This document shows positions 1 through 12,187 of a DNA stretch of 64,000 bases, piece by piece. Position numbers and translations under genes: made by a program. This stretch comes from Schizochytrium sp. TIO01 (Eukaryota > Protista > Bigyra: Labyrinthulomycetes): the NCBI GenBank assembly GCA_004764695.1, contig SMSO01000032.1, positions 4,558,483 through 4,622,482 on the forward strand, in the 5' to 3' direction. Numbering within the stretch: position 1 is the stretch's first letter; every line of letters starts with the position of its first letter. A model generated the notes under the pieces. The model had not been told where the DNA came from, made no database searches, and was given only the letters and a program-made list of their open reading frames with translations.

Positions 1-1071
1 TACTAACTGTATAGGTAGGTACCTACATAGCAAAAATAGAGATTGGCAAGAAGTAGTGCTAGCTAGGTACTACACCTCCTCTAGAGACACCTTATTCCTA
101 TTCGTTGCCCCTTTAGTACAAGGTATCTAGCATTACTTGCCTACCTACTACTCACTAGTCAGAGGTAATAAGAAGTCAAAATCTTTTAGCAACGTGGGTA
201 AAAACTCAGGTCCAAATAATCACTCTTTACATTGCTAAGGTAGCAGCTACTTACCTTGAGAGTGAGTTGATAAAATTAGAGATATATAGGCTAGCTAGTC
301 ATCTACGCGTTTTTACAGTTTCGAAACTATGAATGTGAAGTGCTATTAATTCTGGAGTCTTTTCTCATGATTTATGTTTTTTCTCCCTTTTGCCCAACTA
401 TATACGTACCTTTATTCCCTTTATCAGGTAAAGAAGCACTTCCTCGCTAGCTAGCTGATTAGCAATTTTCTACGCATGAGAAATTCTCTTATCGATAGTA
501 GTTAGTTAGCGCTTCATCCGATTTCATAGTATACCGTAAGTAACTATTAAACAGGGTACATAGATATCTAGCATTGACTACTAGGCACTGTAGGAGCATC
601 ACCTCGACAACGACAATAACTACAGCAAGTCTTACTACTCCTGCCACTGAAGGTAGAAACCAAACTGATTCGACGGAACGGCGTGGACTCTCGAGCGCTC
701 TCAACAGAGCTGCTGAGCAACAGTGGGCGGAAAGAACGGCGCAGGCAGAACCCTCTCGGGCCCTGGTCCGCTCCGCCCGCATTTTCCGTCTATCTGATTC
801 ACTCGGCCGTTCTTCTCGCTCTCGGTTTCACTCTGATTTTCTGTTCTTTCTTTGCTAAACACCCTGCTGAGACAACGGTGACAGAAGGCAAAAGGCAACG
901 AGGTGTCAACAGCCAAGACTCAATCGAGACTGTAGGTACAGGCAGAGGCTTCATCAATCAAACTCTTAGGTAAGAATTCTATTCTTCTCTCTGTGTTTCT
1001 ATAGTTGATTTCGATCTTTATCTTTTTAAGATTTCAAACCTGCACGAGCAAAAGATTCAGATCTGAGCAGG

Positions 1072-1421
1072 ATGAACCGGCAGCAAAACCAAAACTACAT
1101 GGTGGGTCCCAACGGAGCACCTGTCCCTAACATGCCCATGTACAACACTGGAATGAATAGCACAATCGCTGCTAATAATACCAGCAACAACGCCATGATG
1201 GGAAACATGAATAACATGAACACTGGTCAGCATCACAGCCATCCTGTCAACTTTACACCTGTCAGTATTAACAATGGTGGGCAACCATACGGCACGTACA
1301 ACCACTTTTATCAAAGTTATACTATGCCCGGAACTGCACCAAACGGAAGCAGAGCTGCAGGCAACGATGATGATGACGAGGACGAGGAAGGGGAAGGGGA
1401 AGAAGAGGAAGAGGAGGACAA

Positions 1422-1472
<51 letters not shown>

Positions 1473-4400
1473 CAGCGAAGACGACGAGAAACCTCAGGCC
1501 CCAGCTCCATCACTATTCCACGCCCCAGTTTACTTCCAAAGCCAGGCGCCGATCCAACTTCGGAATCAGGCACCAGTCCCTTTTCAAAGCCAGCCTCTAG
1601 CCAGTGTTACTCTACCTTCTACGACCTATCACAATAGCACAGCTCAACACCATGTTCAGGCTGTAGCGTCCGTAAACAGTAACGCGAACAACACATTTTC
1701 CACCATGGCTAACAACAACGGGCAAATTTACCCCAGCAAACCTCAGGATGACAATGTGGATGGAGATGAAGATGAGGATGAAGACGAAGATGAAGACGAA
1801 GGCGACGATGATGGTAGCAATGAAGAAAATAACAACAAGGACACCAGTATTAATGATCTAGACAATAATGGTAACATGGGTGACGTCCCTGCTACAAACA
1901 GCGGCAACGAAGCTGTTGTTGCCGACGGGGGAAACACTGCCATTGTCGTCGATAATCAAGAAAGCGAGAATATTGCAGATGAAGACGACAAGGAACAGGA
2001 GCAGGAGGACGTTGACATGAACGACGTAATCCAATCTACTGCCACTACCGTGCCTCGCTCCCATCAAATTGCTGAGGCTAACCGTGTCTCAGATGTTCTT
2101 CGAAGCGTTCTTGAAACACTTGATGAAGCAATGGCCGACCGCATGCGTGGAAATGAGGCGGTAGCTCTGTCTGCTCAAGACGATGAAGCGCTTCCAAGCC
2201 TTGACGAAACACAGGTCGATCTTGGTGAAGTCTGTAAAGACTTGGAACGTGTGATTGATATCGGGGCAATGTCGCATATGGATGCCGAGGTTCTAGTTTC
2301 ATTTGCACAATCTTTGGCTAAAACATTGACTAACATGACAGACCCTGCTGAACTAATTCGCACGTTGAGTCGCACAAGTATGCTTTTACGCATCATGTCA
2401 GATCCCAACGCTGATCGACGCTTAGTGTCAGGTGAATCTCTCGAAGCTGCCATCTCTTTGTGCTGTTTTGCTGCTCATGATGTTTTATACCCCATTATCG
2501 ATAAGAATTTCTCTACCAAAGCAGGCCGTCGAGTGAAAGGGCATAAGTCGGCAAAGGGCAAAGGTAGCAACAAGAAGAAGGGCAAAGGAAAAGGCCGCAA
2601 AGGTGGCAAGAAGCGCCGGCGTGGTGACGGTAATGAGCCCGAGAGCGATGACATCAACAATGATGAGCTTGATATGGATATGAATGATGGTGAGGAAGAA
2701 CAGCAAGAAGAGATGGAAGAGGAGGAGAAGGAAGAAGGAATCTCAGCTCAAGATCTCGCAGGAGTAGACCTCACGTCTGTTGCTGATGCACTTGCGCAGA
2801 CTCTCTCGTATCTCGATCGAGCAGTTTCATGCATTCCTCGTATCGAGGACGCACAGCTTGTTCAACTTATTAATCTTTGTGCATCCTGTCTATACCTCGA
2901 CCCTTCTAAAAAGACCAAGCTTGCAGCGAAGTCGTCACTATTGCAGCAGGTGAGCATTGACCTCCTTCGCTCAATATTCCGCAACAATGTCGATCACAGG
3001 TCGCTTGTGCTTGACGAGCTTGCTGATGCTGTGCCTCGTCTTCCTCGAACTCAACGGAGTATGCGGACTTACAGCATTCCAGGACATGATCAAGCAGTGC
3101 AATTGATTACTGTAACTGTACTTGAGATTGTTCAAGCTGCCTGCGGGCCCTCAAAGAGTGAACCTTCTACTATTCCGGACTATCGCATTGCTCAGCAAAC
3201 AGCTCTTGAGTTCCTTCATAAGATCATTGAAAAGTGTGCTGCTCCTCAAGATCATGTCGACGAGGAAGAAGTTAAACACCATCGTAACTTTCTGAATTTC
3301 TTTGTAGAAGACCTCCTTGAAGTTCTACACGAACCAAATTGGCCAGCAGCTGATATGGTACTTAATTCAATCAGCAGCTATCTCTCGAATTCGCTGAAAA
3401 AAACTGCTAAAAACGCGTCGCAAAGCTCCCAGCGATTTGGTGTTCAAGCTCTACAACTTTTGGGTAACATCCTTGCTCAAATTCAGAGAGATCAAATTTG
3501 GGCCTCAGAAAACCCCCTTCGGTTGCCAAACGATAGCGACCCAGACCTCAAGCCTTCTCCTAATGAGCTTTTGATATGCCCGATCTGCGAACTTGGTGAC
3601 ACAGAAGCCTCAGCGAATCGAATTCGATGTACTCAGTGTCAGCAATGCTTTCATGTGTCCTGTCTTGGTATGTCAGACTCATTTTCCTCGTTTAGCTGCG
3701 ACGACTGTGTCATGATGCAGCAGCTGAAAGATGTATCATCATGCGTATCATATAACTTCTCGTCTGGCGAAACTGACATTGCGGCGTTCCGCCAGCTCTA
3801 CTTGAATATGCTGGCTAGTCAGCGTGCTGATGGTTCGCGTGGAGCTTCCTTTGCTTATGAGTATTGCGTATCTCTATGGGCTAATGAAGACCTTAAAGAG
3901 GGGGGGATCGGAGAAATCAGCCGTCCTGCACTTCGCTCACAATGGACGCGCAGGTGGAAGCTTGCGAAAAAACTTGGTGCCGTTCGGACGACACGCACGC
4001 GGAACTCTGTTTCCAGATACTCTCAAGCGGCGATCGTCCGCCATTTGAATTTGACCCGAACTTACAGCTTGAGCAATAAACTCACGGGTGACACTATGCT
4101 CAATCGACTACTTCATATCCTAAGCACGGGTCTTCCCTCATTGCGGGCCCGTGCCGTAAAGGCTTTAGGCGTGGTACTTGAAGCTAACCACAAATTAATG
4201 GAAGACAAGCGTGTGCAAAAATCAGTGGAGCAACGTGTTCTTGACGAAGCAATTTCTGTTCGAGAGAGTACAATTGATTTGGTCGGACGTTACACTCTGA
4301 TTGACACATCTCTTGTTAGGGATTTTCAGGAGATTCTGATCCAGCGTCTTAGCGACTTGGGCCTCTCTGTTCGCAAACGCGTTATCAAGGTACTGCGTGG

Positions 4401-7248
4401 ACTCCTCCTCGCAAATGCTCCCTTCCCTAATAGAAATGCTGTTTTGATGGCCCTTGTTGACCGCATAGCTGACCCACAAGAAGAGCCTTCGGTGCGTGAT
4501 TTAGTTATTTCAATCTTCAGGGATTTATGGTTCATTGATGAACGTGATGAAAGTTCTGCTGAGGAAAATATGGTTCCTCTCGCTGGGCGCGCCGCACCTT
4601 TTACACCTTTACGGAAGACGAAGTCCTCACAGATCGACAGCATGGAAGATTCACCATCACCAAGAAAATCAACCCCAGTGCCATTTCGCACACCGATGCA
4701 AGCGGTTCACTCCGCCCGTAAGCTACAATCAACTGCTGGCAAGTATATCTCTGGTCTCCCAACTGGGCTGCCCACATCTTATACAGATCTTGTTCCCCGC
4801 AAGTCAATAAAAGATGAAGACAAGGTTGAAGCACTCAAACGAAACACGAATGATATCATGAACCTTGCAGGAGTTCGTGAGGACAACCAATGGTTCGTTG
4901 CACTACTCAAGGGTGTGCTTTCCGAAGAAGAAAGCAAAATTGCTCGAAACACAGAGCGAGCGCATGCAAATTGTGTTAAACTTGTGGAAAACATGATGCA
5001 TCAGTTGCTTGAAATCCAAGATGAAGATTTTGATTTGGCGGAATTTAAGGCAAATGGCGAAATTGAGTGCAGTGATGTTGAAGGTCAGACCATGTATATC
5101 CTTCGTGCATTGGGACTATTTGCAGATGCTGCTCCGACGCTTCTACTTCCCCACTTGGAGCCTCTTACTCGGTATTTACAACGAGATATGCTCCAAGTAC
5201 GAAAGGAAAATCTAGTGGAAGCGTCTTGCACTATTCTCAAAGTTGCTACTCAGGCTATTCGTTCATCATCAAAACCTATTGAGCACCGCTTCGCAGAATC
5301 ATTTGCCAATGAGCTTAAACAGCAGATTCTTTCAAGTCCTTCGGATGTTATGCAGAGCTCGGTAGAAACACTTGGGGCGCTTTGTAAACAGTATCCGAAT
5401 CTAGAAGCTCACCTTGACTCAGTTTTGAAGCAGTTCACAGGCTTTTTGATTTCTTTGCAAAAGACAAGGACTCTTGATAAACAGCCTAAACGCATGGTCT
5501 TCAATGCTTATCGGGCTATGTTAGGCAGTGGATCCATCTGCCTCGCACTTCAAAAGCCATCGTCTGACTGCCTCGAAAAGGTCTCAGAACTTCTCTTCTT
5601 TCGTGGCTCTGATCCCCATGCAAAGCAACCTCGTGTAGTCGCTTTACAAGCATTGCGCCATATCTGGGCTAAGGATTCCCAGCGTATGATTACCATTGAG
5701 GCTGATGAATTCATTGACCATGCACTAACCAAAGATTCAGAACCAACTGTACGTAGTCAAGTGCTGCTGACACTTTGTGAACTTCTTCAGCTGGGCGAGG
5801 AGCGCTTGGAGGGAGGTCAGGCGCAAAAGTCTCTTGAGACAGCAACATCTACCAGAGACCGTATTAAAGGTGATCAGGATTCAGACTCTGCTGTTGTGGC
5901 CAGCGTTATGCAAAAGCATGCACAGTCTGTGACTAGCTTACTTTTTGACAAATCTTCGAAGGTGCGTGTTAATGCCGTTTTGCTTGTGGGAACGATGTTG
6001 CGTCAGGGTCTGATTAACCCGTTGCAATGTATCGAACCTATGGTCACCCTTGAATCTGATGAAAAGTGGCTTGTCCATGATACTGCCCATACGTTTCTCG
6101 TGGATCTTGACGAGCGCCATCCTGAGTTTCTTGTCACACGTTGTGTGCAAGGCATTATTCGCTCTTACCATTATAAACTGGAAAATGGTCTTTCCACCTC
6201 GGCCATCGTGCCTCGTGAATCTGAAGATAAGGACACTGGAGACGAGAAACGTTTTCATGTGGGGCCTCTTCAGCCGACATTTTCAATCTTCTCCCGCCTT
6301 TACAAAAGTTGTCTGGCTAATAATGCTGCTCACCGTACCCGATTCATGCAGACCGCGCTGGCCCTCTTCAAACCTGAAGCGAGTATTTTTCGACGTTCTA
6401 GCTCGAACGGAGCCCCATCCACATCGAAGTCGCTTTCCCTTGAGGAACTGCACTTTATGGCAGAGACACTTGGAACATTGCCTTACACCCTCTGGGAAGA
6501 GCCCTTATACCTGGTATATCAAATCAACAGTATTACCTCTTTGCATGGCGATGCTCTTATCCAACTGCTCAAGCCCAAGCTTGCACCTGATCTTCAAGAA
6601 CACGATGCTATGACTTCTGGGGATAACGAGGAGGAAAGCATCTCGCTTCTAGCCAAGCAGCAAGAGCCTTTAGATTGGGAACAAGTTCGTGAAGCCCTTG
6701 TAGCGTTGCAAGGTATTAATATTCTCCTGGAGCTGAAAACTTACCTTAAGACTATTTACAGTCTATCTGAGTCTAGGTGTGAGAAGTATAACCCTAACGA
6801 GACTGCACGGGCAACGGAGAAACATCTAAGTTCAGTCCCACAAAAGCTGGCCGTCTTCCCCAAACTTGACCAGGTCATGGTTAACCTTTTGCAATTCAAG
6901 TGCCCTGAGAATGAACGAAGCGAGGCCAAACTCGTCGAATCTCTCAGCCGACCGTTTCGTGCGTTTGTTGATGCTCTCGCTGATGACCCTGATGATGTGG
7001 CAGTTGTGCTTGAGTCCAAGTCAGGAAAGAAACGCCGTCGTAAGTCAATATCCGCAGTTCCTCCTCTCGCCAATCCTTCTGAAAATGCCACAGACAACGG
7101 AGATATTGACCCTTCTGAGGCTTCTGAGGCTCCAGGTGTGAATGCTAATTTGAATGGAATGGGTATGAATACTTTTGCTCAAGCTTCTTCATCTACACCT
7201 TCCGCACACTTGACAGCACACAATGGAACTGTTGGAACTAATGGTGGT

Positions 7249-7280
<32 letters not shown>

Positions 7281-7794
7281 CGATGAGGAGGAGGATGACG
7301 AAGAGGAACCTGAACACCCAGGAGCCTCTGCATTTCGCCAAATGAACGTCAATTATCCCTTTTCGACTCCGCAGCATAGCAGCAATGCCGGTGTCATGCA
7401 TACTCCACAACAATCGCTATACCAGCAAACTCAAAGCTTCTCAGCTATTCCGCAACAACAGCCAGCATTGCAGCAGAACTTTCAAAGCTATTCCCAACCC
7501 CAGTACCAGCATCAACAACAACAATTTGGACAGCCTTCGTATTACCAAAACTCTTCTCAATTTATGACCCCAGCTCAGCAGCAGCCGCAATATGGTGGGC
7601 CTAACTCTGGGTTTATGCAACAGTCTCCTGCTCCGGGAAATGCACCAGTTATGTACGGCAATTCGATGCAACATGCTGCAGGGCGGCAAAATCAACAGCA
7701 AAGTGAAAGTTGGGACTCCCAAACACAGCAGGCAGCTCTAGCACGCCAGGTACAATTTCAGCAACAGCAACAGAACCTTTATTATCAAAATTAG
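1072..7794 (+). CDS. NIPBL: Nipped-B-like / Scc2 cohesin loader with internal PHD finger and acidic/Q-N-rich termini
   Basis: 2240-aa ORF with Scc2 HEAT-region motifs (FVEDLLEVLHEPNWPAA; LRARAVKALGVVLEAN; DEAISVRESTIDLVGRY; RLSDLGLSVRKRVIKVLR; MLRQGLINPLQCIEPMVTLESD; LPYTLWEEPLYLVYQIN) and a C4HC3 PHD at 3577-3708. Confidence 0.93.
1423..1473 (+). repeat. (GAC)n coding trinucleotide repeat (poly-Asp) in NIPBL
   Basis: Direct reading: run of GAC codons. A second, shorter run lies near 7249-7284. Confidence 0.9.
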
Positions 7795-8179
7795 GAACAA
7801 AATAACCATTTTTTACTTTTCAATTTTTATTGTTGGGGTTATGCACCATGCACCACCACCATATACAATATCTAAGATCAATACATGCATTAGAGAATAT
7901 ATTAGAAATGACTCATTCAAATAATGAAATTTGCCAGTTTCTCGTAGAAAGAATGAGTTGGTTGAATTAAGTTAAGTTATACTCGTGGGAATCTCCCTAG
8001 GTATTGTACCTACTAGTAGTAGAGGTTCTATCTAGGTTATGTAAGTTCTAGGGTAGGTATTAGCAGCACGAGATCAGTAGTACCAGGGTGCGCATTGTAT
8101 AGCCTTTTATTTTTCCAAAGAGATCAACAGAAGTCTTTGCACCAAGCTAAAGCATATCATAGAAGTGCCAAATCGCAAC

Positions 8180-10336
8180 ATGCTGGGTTCTACATCAGAA
8201 CAAGAATTGATTACATTGGTACCTTTCCCGAAGAAGGTATACGTCGGTGCTCTCTCTATCTCACTTGACTCTTTAAAGCTTCCACGGGCCGGCACTGACA
8301 AGGGAACTTGGCATTGTGAGTTGTCTAACAGCGAGAAAGACAAGGACGTAACTCAGGGTCTTGTGGAAACTTTGCTGAAGCAAGATGGTCATAAAGTCAC
8401 CTATGTGGGCGATGAGTCATCAGCTTATAGCCCTGATCTTACTCTCTCCATATCAGAAATCAGCTACAATGCAATGAGCAGCTCCGTTTCATCAGAATTC
8501 TACAAAATAGTCTTTGATGGGAAGAAACACGTTTTAATTTCAGGTCACTCGCGCCAGGCTTGTATATGGGGACTTCAAACTCTAAGACAACTACTCCGTC
8601 AATGCAACACTTCGCTGAGCCAAGTTGATTTAGAAATTCATGATTGGCCAGTTTTTCCAACTCGAGGCTATCTTTTGGATATCAGCCGCGACCGGGTCCC
8701 AACTTTAGCAGAGCTTTATAATATCGTAAACTTTATGAGCTCTTGTAAGCTTAATCATCTTGAGCTCTATATGGAACACACATATGCCTATGAAGGCCAC
8801 GAGTGCGTTTGGAAAGATTCATCACCTCTTCATGCTAAGGACCTCAAAAGGCTTGACAAGTTTTGTACCGACCGAGGCATTTGCCTCGTCCCCAATCAAA
8901 ACACATTAGGCCACATGAGCCGCTGGCTGCGACATGAGAAGTATCGAAACCTTGCCGAAGTACAAGAAGGTATGTTCCATTTCTTTAGTGAGGAGAAAGA
9001 GCCATTCTCCCTGTGCCCAACAGATCCTATGGCACTTGAATTGTGCCGAGACTTGCTTTCACAACTCACCCCTAACTTTGCTGAGAACCTCCGCAGCGTC
9101 GAGTCAGGCAGTAAACCACTTATACATGTCAACCTGGATGAACCTTTTGACCTTGGTCGTAGACATGCGCGCTCAGGACACGGCAATTTGGCTGCTAGAA
9201 ATGCTTTTGAACGACATGTTCGAGGAATCTACCAAATTTGTCAGCACAGGCTTTGTCATCCGCATAGGATGATGATGTGGGCTGACGGAATATGTACAAA
9301 GGAAACTTTAGCAGCAATTCCTTCTGACTGTATTCTAATAGAATGGGGGTATGAAGAAAATCATTCTTGGAGTCCACGTCTTGATCATCTTCGATCAATG
9401 GGCCATGAGGTTTGGGTTGCCCCAGGGACGAGCTCGTGGGGGAGTGTAGGCGGTCGGACATCTAATTCTCTGAGTAATTTACGACAAGCAGCAGCTTATG
9501 GATTAGCAAAAGGAGCCACAGGAATACTCATTGCAGATTGGGGGGATTTTGGACATCATCAACAGCCTGTAATTTCCATAATTCCCCTTGTAGCTGGATG
9601 TGTGCATGCATGGTCCCCAGATGTGATTCAACCCAACTCGTCTAGGAAAACAAATGACTTCCAAGGTATGGATGAAGATACTATAACAAGGTGGTGTAGC
9701 GCTCTGAATGTATTGCCAGAGACTTGTTCGAGAACTCTGTACCGCCTTGGGAATGTCTTCCAGCTCTTGCCAAAGCTTCCGAACATTTCACTCCTTTGGT
9801 TAGCATTGCGCATAGCTGAGCCAATTCAAAATAATCATGTTGTTCGATTTGCAATCGAGCAGTTCACACCGTTTCCATATCCTGCACACTTCCTGAGATG
9901 TTCTGGTCCTCTTTTAAATAGCATTTTTAAGATGTGTCTAGTTAGGAGAGCAAGTGTTTTACAAGTACGAGCCTTTGCACAATCTCTTTTGCAAGACCAG
10001 CAGGAAATCACAAATTGTCCACAATGGAAATCATCTTTGTGGCAAGCAGACTGTGTTCTGAAGCAAATTCATTTAAGCATTCGTATGGTTGATTTCCTCT
10101 GTGATCTGTGGATAGCTCGAGAAGAAGCAGGGATCCATAAACCTGCAACAGCAGCATCACAATATCTCAACGAAGTTGAAGTTGAGTCTTTGATTACTGA
10201 ATACGTAGAGCTTTGGCAATTAACCTCCCAGCCAGGCGGGTGTAAAAATCTGTTGAAAAGCTCCGTCGAGCTGCTGGACAAGTCCCATTTCCCGCCGCCC
10301 CAAACTCTTAGACTATTCCTTTTTCAAGAAAATTAA
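8180..10336 (+). CDS. Glycoside hydrolase family 20 (beta-N-acetylhexosaminidase-like), no obvious signal peptide
   Basis: WGLQTLRQL, DWPVFPTRGYLLDISRDRVP, NHLELYMEH, PNQNTLGHM, catalytic HVNLDE, MMWAD, EWGYE, DWGDFGH. First ATG is 8180 (the ORF track starts at a GTG). Confidence 0.9.
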   Translation: MLGSTSEQELITLVPFPKKVYVGALSISLDSLKLPRAGTDKGTWHCELSNSEKDKDVTQGLVETLLKQDGHKVTYVGDESSAYSPDLTLSISEISYNAMSSSVSSEFYKIVFDGKKHVLISGHSRQACIWGLQTLRQLLRQCNTSLSQVDLEIHDWPVFPTRGYLLDISRDRVPTLAELYNIVNFMSSCKLNHLELYMEHTYAYEGHECVWKDSSPLHAKDLKRLDKFCTDRGICLVPNQNTLGHMSRWLRHEKYRNLAEVQEGMFHFFSEEKEPFSLCPTDPMALELCRDLLSQLTPNFAENLRSVESGSKPLIHVNLDEPFDLGRRHARSGHGNLAARNAFERHVRGIYQICQHRLCHPHRMMMWADGICTKETLAAIPSDCILIEWGYEENHSWSPRLDHLRSMGHEVWVAPGTSSWGSVGGRTSNSLSNLRQAAAYGLAKGATGILIADWGDFGHHQQPVISIIPLVAGCVHAWSPDVIQPNSSRKTNDFQGMDEDTITRWCSALNVLPETCSRTLYRLGNVFQLLPKLPNISLLWLALRIAEPIQNNHVVRFAIEQFTPFPYPAHFLRCSGPLLNSIFKMCLVRRASVLQVRAFAQSLLQDQQEITNCPQWKSSLWQADCVLKQIHLSIRMVDFLCDLWIAREEAGIHKPATAASQYLNEVEVESLITEYVELWQLTSQPGGCKNLLKSSVELLDKSHFPPPQTLRLFLFQEN

Positions 10337-10501
10337 AAAAATCATGCCGAGTCCAGGTCACTCGAGGTTCTTTACATACACGAACTGTGTCCAGTCTAGT
10401 GAATATATGCTCTATTTTCTCTAGTCAATCGGGAGGGGCTTTAAGATGTACTTCAACACAAACCCCGCATTTCTTGAGTGTCATCGTACTGCCAAGGTTA
10501 A

Positions 10502-12187
10502 CTAATGAAACTTTGCATCGTAAAGGCTCTTCAGCTTCATGTAGCGATAATAAGCGTCCTGATTACGTGAAGGCTCGGTAGGTTCTGCTTCGCTTAGCCC
10601 ATTTGGAAAGCTGAGTTGGCCCGGTCTCAATGGAACAGTCTTAGGAGGCCCTTTACTTATTTTCATTAGATTAATATCTTCGCCATCATCATCTTCTTCA
10701 AAATCCTCATCTGACGAAAGCCCCAAGCAATCCTCCTTGTAACCGTAATTGGGTCTGGATTTCTTTTCAATGCATGTTGCGGGTAGCGGGGGAGGTGGAG
10801 GCGGGGAAGAATCCAACGATCGGGGCGAATAGTTTGTTTGACTTTTCGTCGCCTTTGGTGAATAACTTGGTTCATGCTCGGAGCGTTGTATCCTTTTTGC
10901 TGCAGAAGAAAAATTTCGAAACTTTTCTCTTTCTTGTACCAAGGTTCCGCGAAGACGATCCAACTTATTTTGTGTAGCATCCAAAAGACGTCGCTGAGCT
11001 GCCATTTCAGATTTAAGTGTTGCTACTTGTTTGTCGGAGTGTCCTCCCTTTAACTTTCGGATGCGGTCTTTCTGAGACGATACAGTCTTTTCTAAGGTAG
11101 CAATTCGTTCTAGAGAAGACTCTTGTCGATCTTTGGACTCTTGCTCCCGCCTCCGAGAGGATTCCAGCCGACCCTTTAAATCTTTTACTTCTTGCTTCAA
11201 AGATTGTTCACGGAGTTTTGCATCAGCAAGGAGCCGCCGAAGCCTCGCTATGGACACCCCCCCACCTTCAGTATCTGAGCAGGGTGTTTGTTTACGTGCA
11301 TTACGGCTAGCTGCAGTGGATCTAGAAACTTTTGTTTTCTGCTTTGGTGGCTTGAGTTTATTGGTTTTTCTGGTGATAAGACTTTTCTCAATTGTAGAGG
11401 GAGAAGGGTTTTTGCCATGGGCTAAGGGACCTTCTTTTCCGCTGCGTTGACTCCGTATTCTTGCAGGTACTGAGCCTGCCGAAGCGGTGCTTCTAGTTGA
11501 TTTGCGAGACAGTTTAGAGTGAGTAGATCGGGTGGACTGAACACTACGTGGCGATTGAAAGGACTTCAGCCTTGATCGTCTCTGGCCAACGCTCGAACCA
11601 GAGCTTGAATAACCAGAACGCGATGACCTTGCCTTGCTGGGGCTTGCAGATCGTCTTCTGCGGACCGACGCAGACTTTTGCTTGATGCGAGTTGATCTAG
11701 TCCCATGAGTTCGTCGCTGTCGCCTCTTTTTCTTAGGCTCCTCATCATCATCATCTTCATCATTTGACAGGAGCTCATTGAATGTAGCTACGGCAACACG
11801 ATGCTGATCCCTCCAGCGTCTGAGTAGAGTCTCATCATCATCATCCTGCAGGGCTTGCAAAAAACTATCTGTTGAACCTTGTTCGTCAATCCCTTTAGAA
11901 TCGATTTTAAGGGAACTTTTTGAAGAAGGCTTATTTGATGCAGAGAATGGGGACTTGTTTTGTTTAGCAGTATGAACTCCTATACCAGGGCTTGTTACCC
12001 TGGCACCAACCTTTGGAGTGGAACGTGTTGGGCTTTTCTTTTGGGGGGAGCCCACGGGATCGTAGCGGATGCGGGTCGCAGCAGAGTTAATTGCGCGGTC
12101 ACTAGCTTTAAGACTTGCCAACATTTCCTGAGCATATTCACTCAGGTCTGCCCCAAGACTACTGTCTTCGCTACTGTCATCTGTCAT
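10502..12187 (-). CDS. Hypothetical S/R/K-rich coiled-coil protein
   Basis: 561-aa ORF from ATG 12187; basic low-complexity middle, ~120-aa heptad coiled coil, poly-Pro, C-terminal helix QDAYYRYMKLKSLYD. Confidence 0.75.
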   Translation of the reverse strand: MTDDSSEDSSLGADLSEYAQEMLASLKASDRAINSAATRIRYDPVGSPQKKSPTRSTPKVGARVTSPGIGVHTAKQNKSPFSASNKPSSKSSLKIDSKGIDEQGSTDSFLQALQDDDDETLLRRWRDQHRVAVATFNELLSNDEDDDDEEPKKKRRQRRTHGTRSTRIKQKSASVRRRRSASPSKARSSRSGYSSSGSSVGQRRSRLKSFQSPRSVQSTRSTHSKLSRKSTRSTASAGSVPARIRSQRSGKEGPLAHGKNPSPSTIEKSLITRKTNKLKPPKQKTKVSRSTAASRNARKQTPCSDTEGGGVSIARLRRLLADAKLREQSLKQEVKDLKGRLESSRRREQESKDRQESSLERIATLEKTVSSQKDRIRKLKGGHSDKQVATLKSEMAAQRRLLDATQNKLDRLRGTLVQEREKFRNFSSAAKRIQRSEHEPSYSPKATKSQTNYSPRSLDSSPPPPPPLPATCIEKKSRPNYGYKEDCLGLSSDEDFEEDDDGEDINLMKISKGPPKTVPLRPGQLSFPNGLSEAEPTEPSRNQDAYYRYMKLKSLYDAKFH

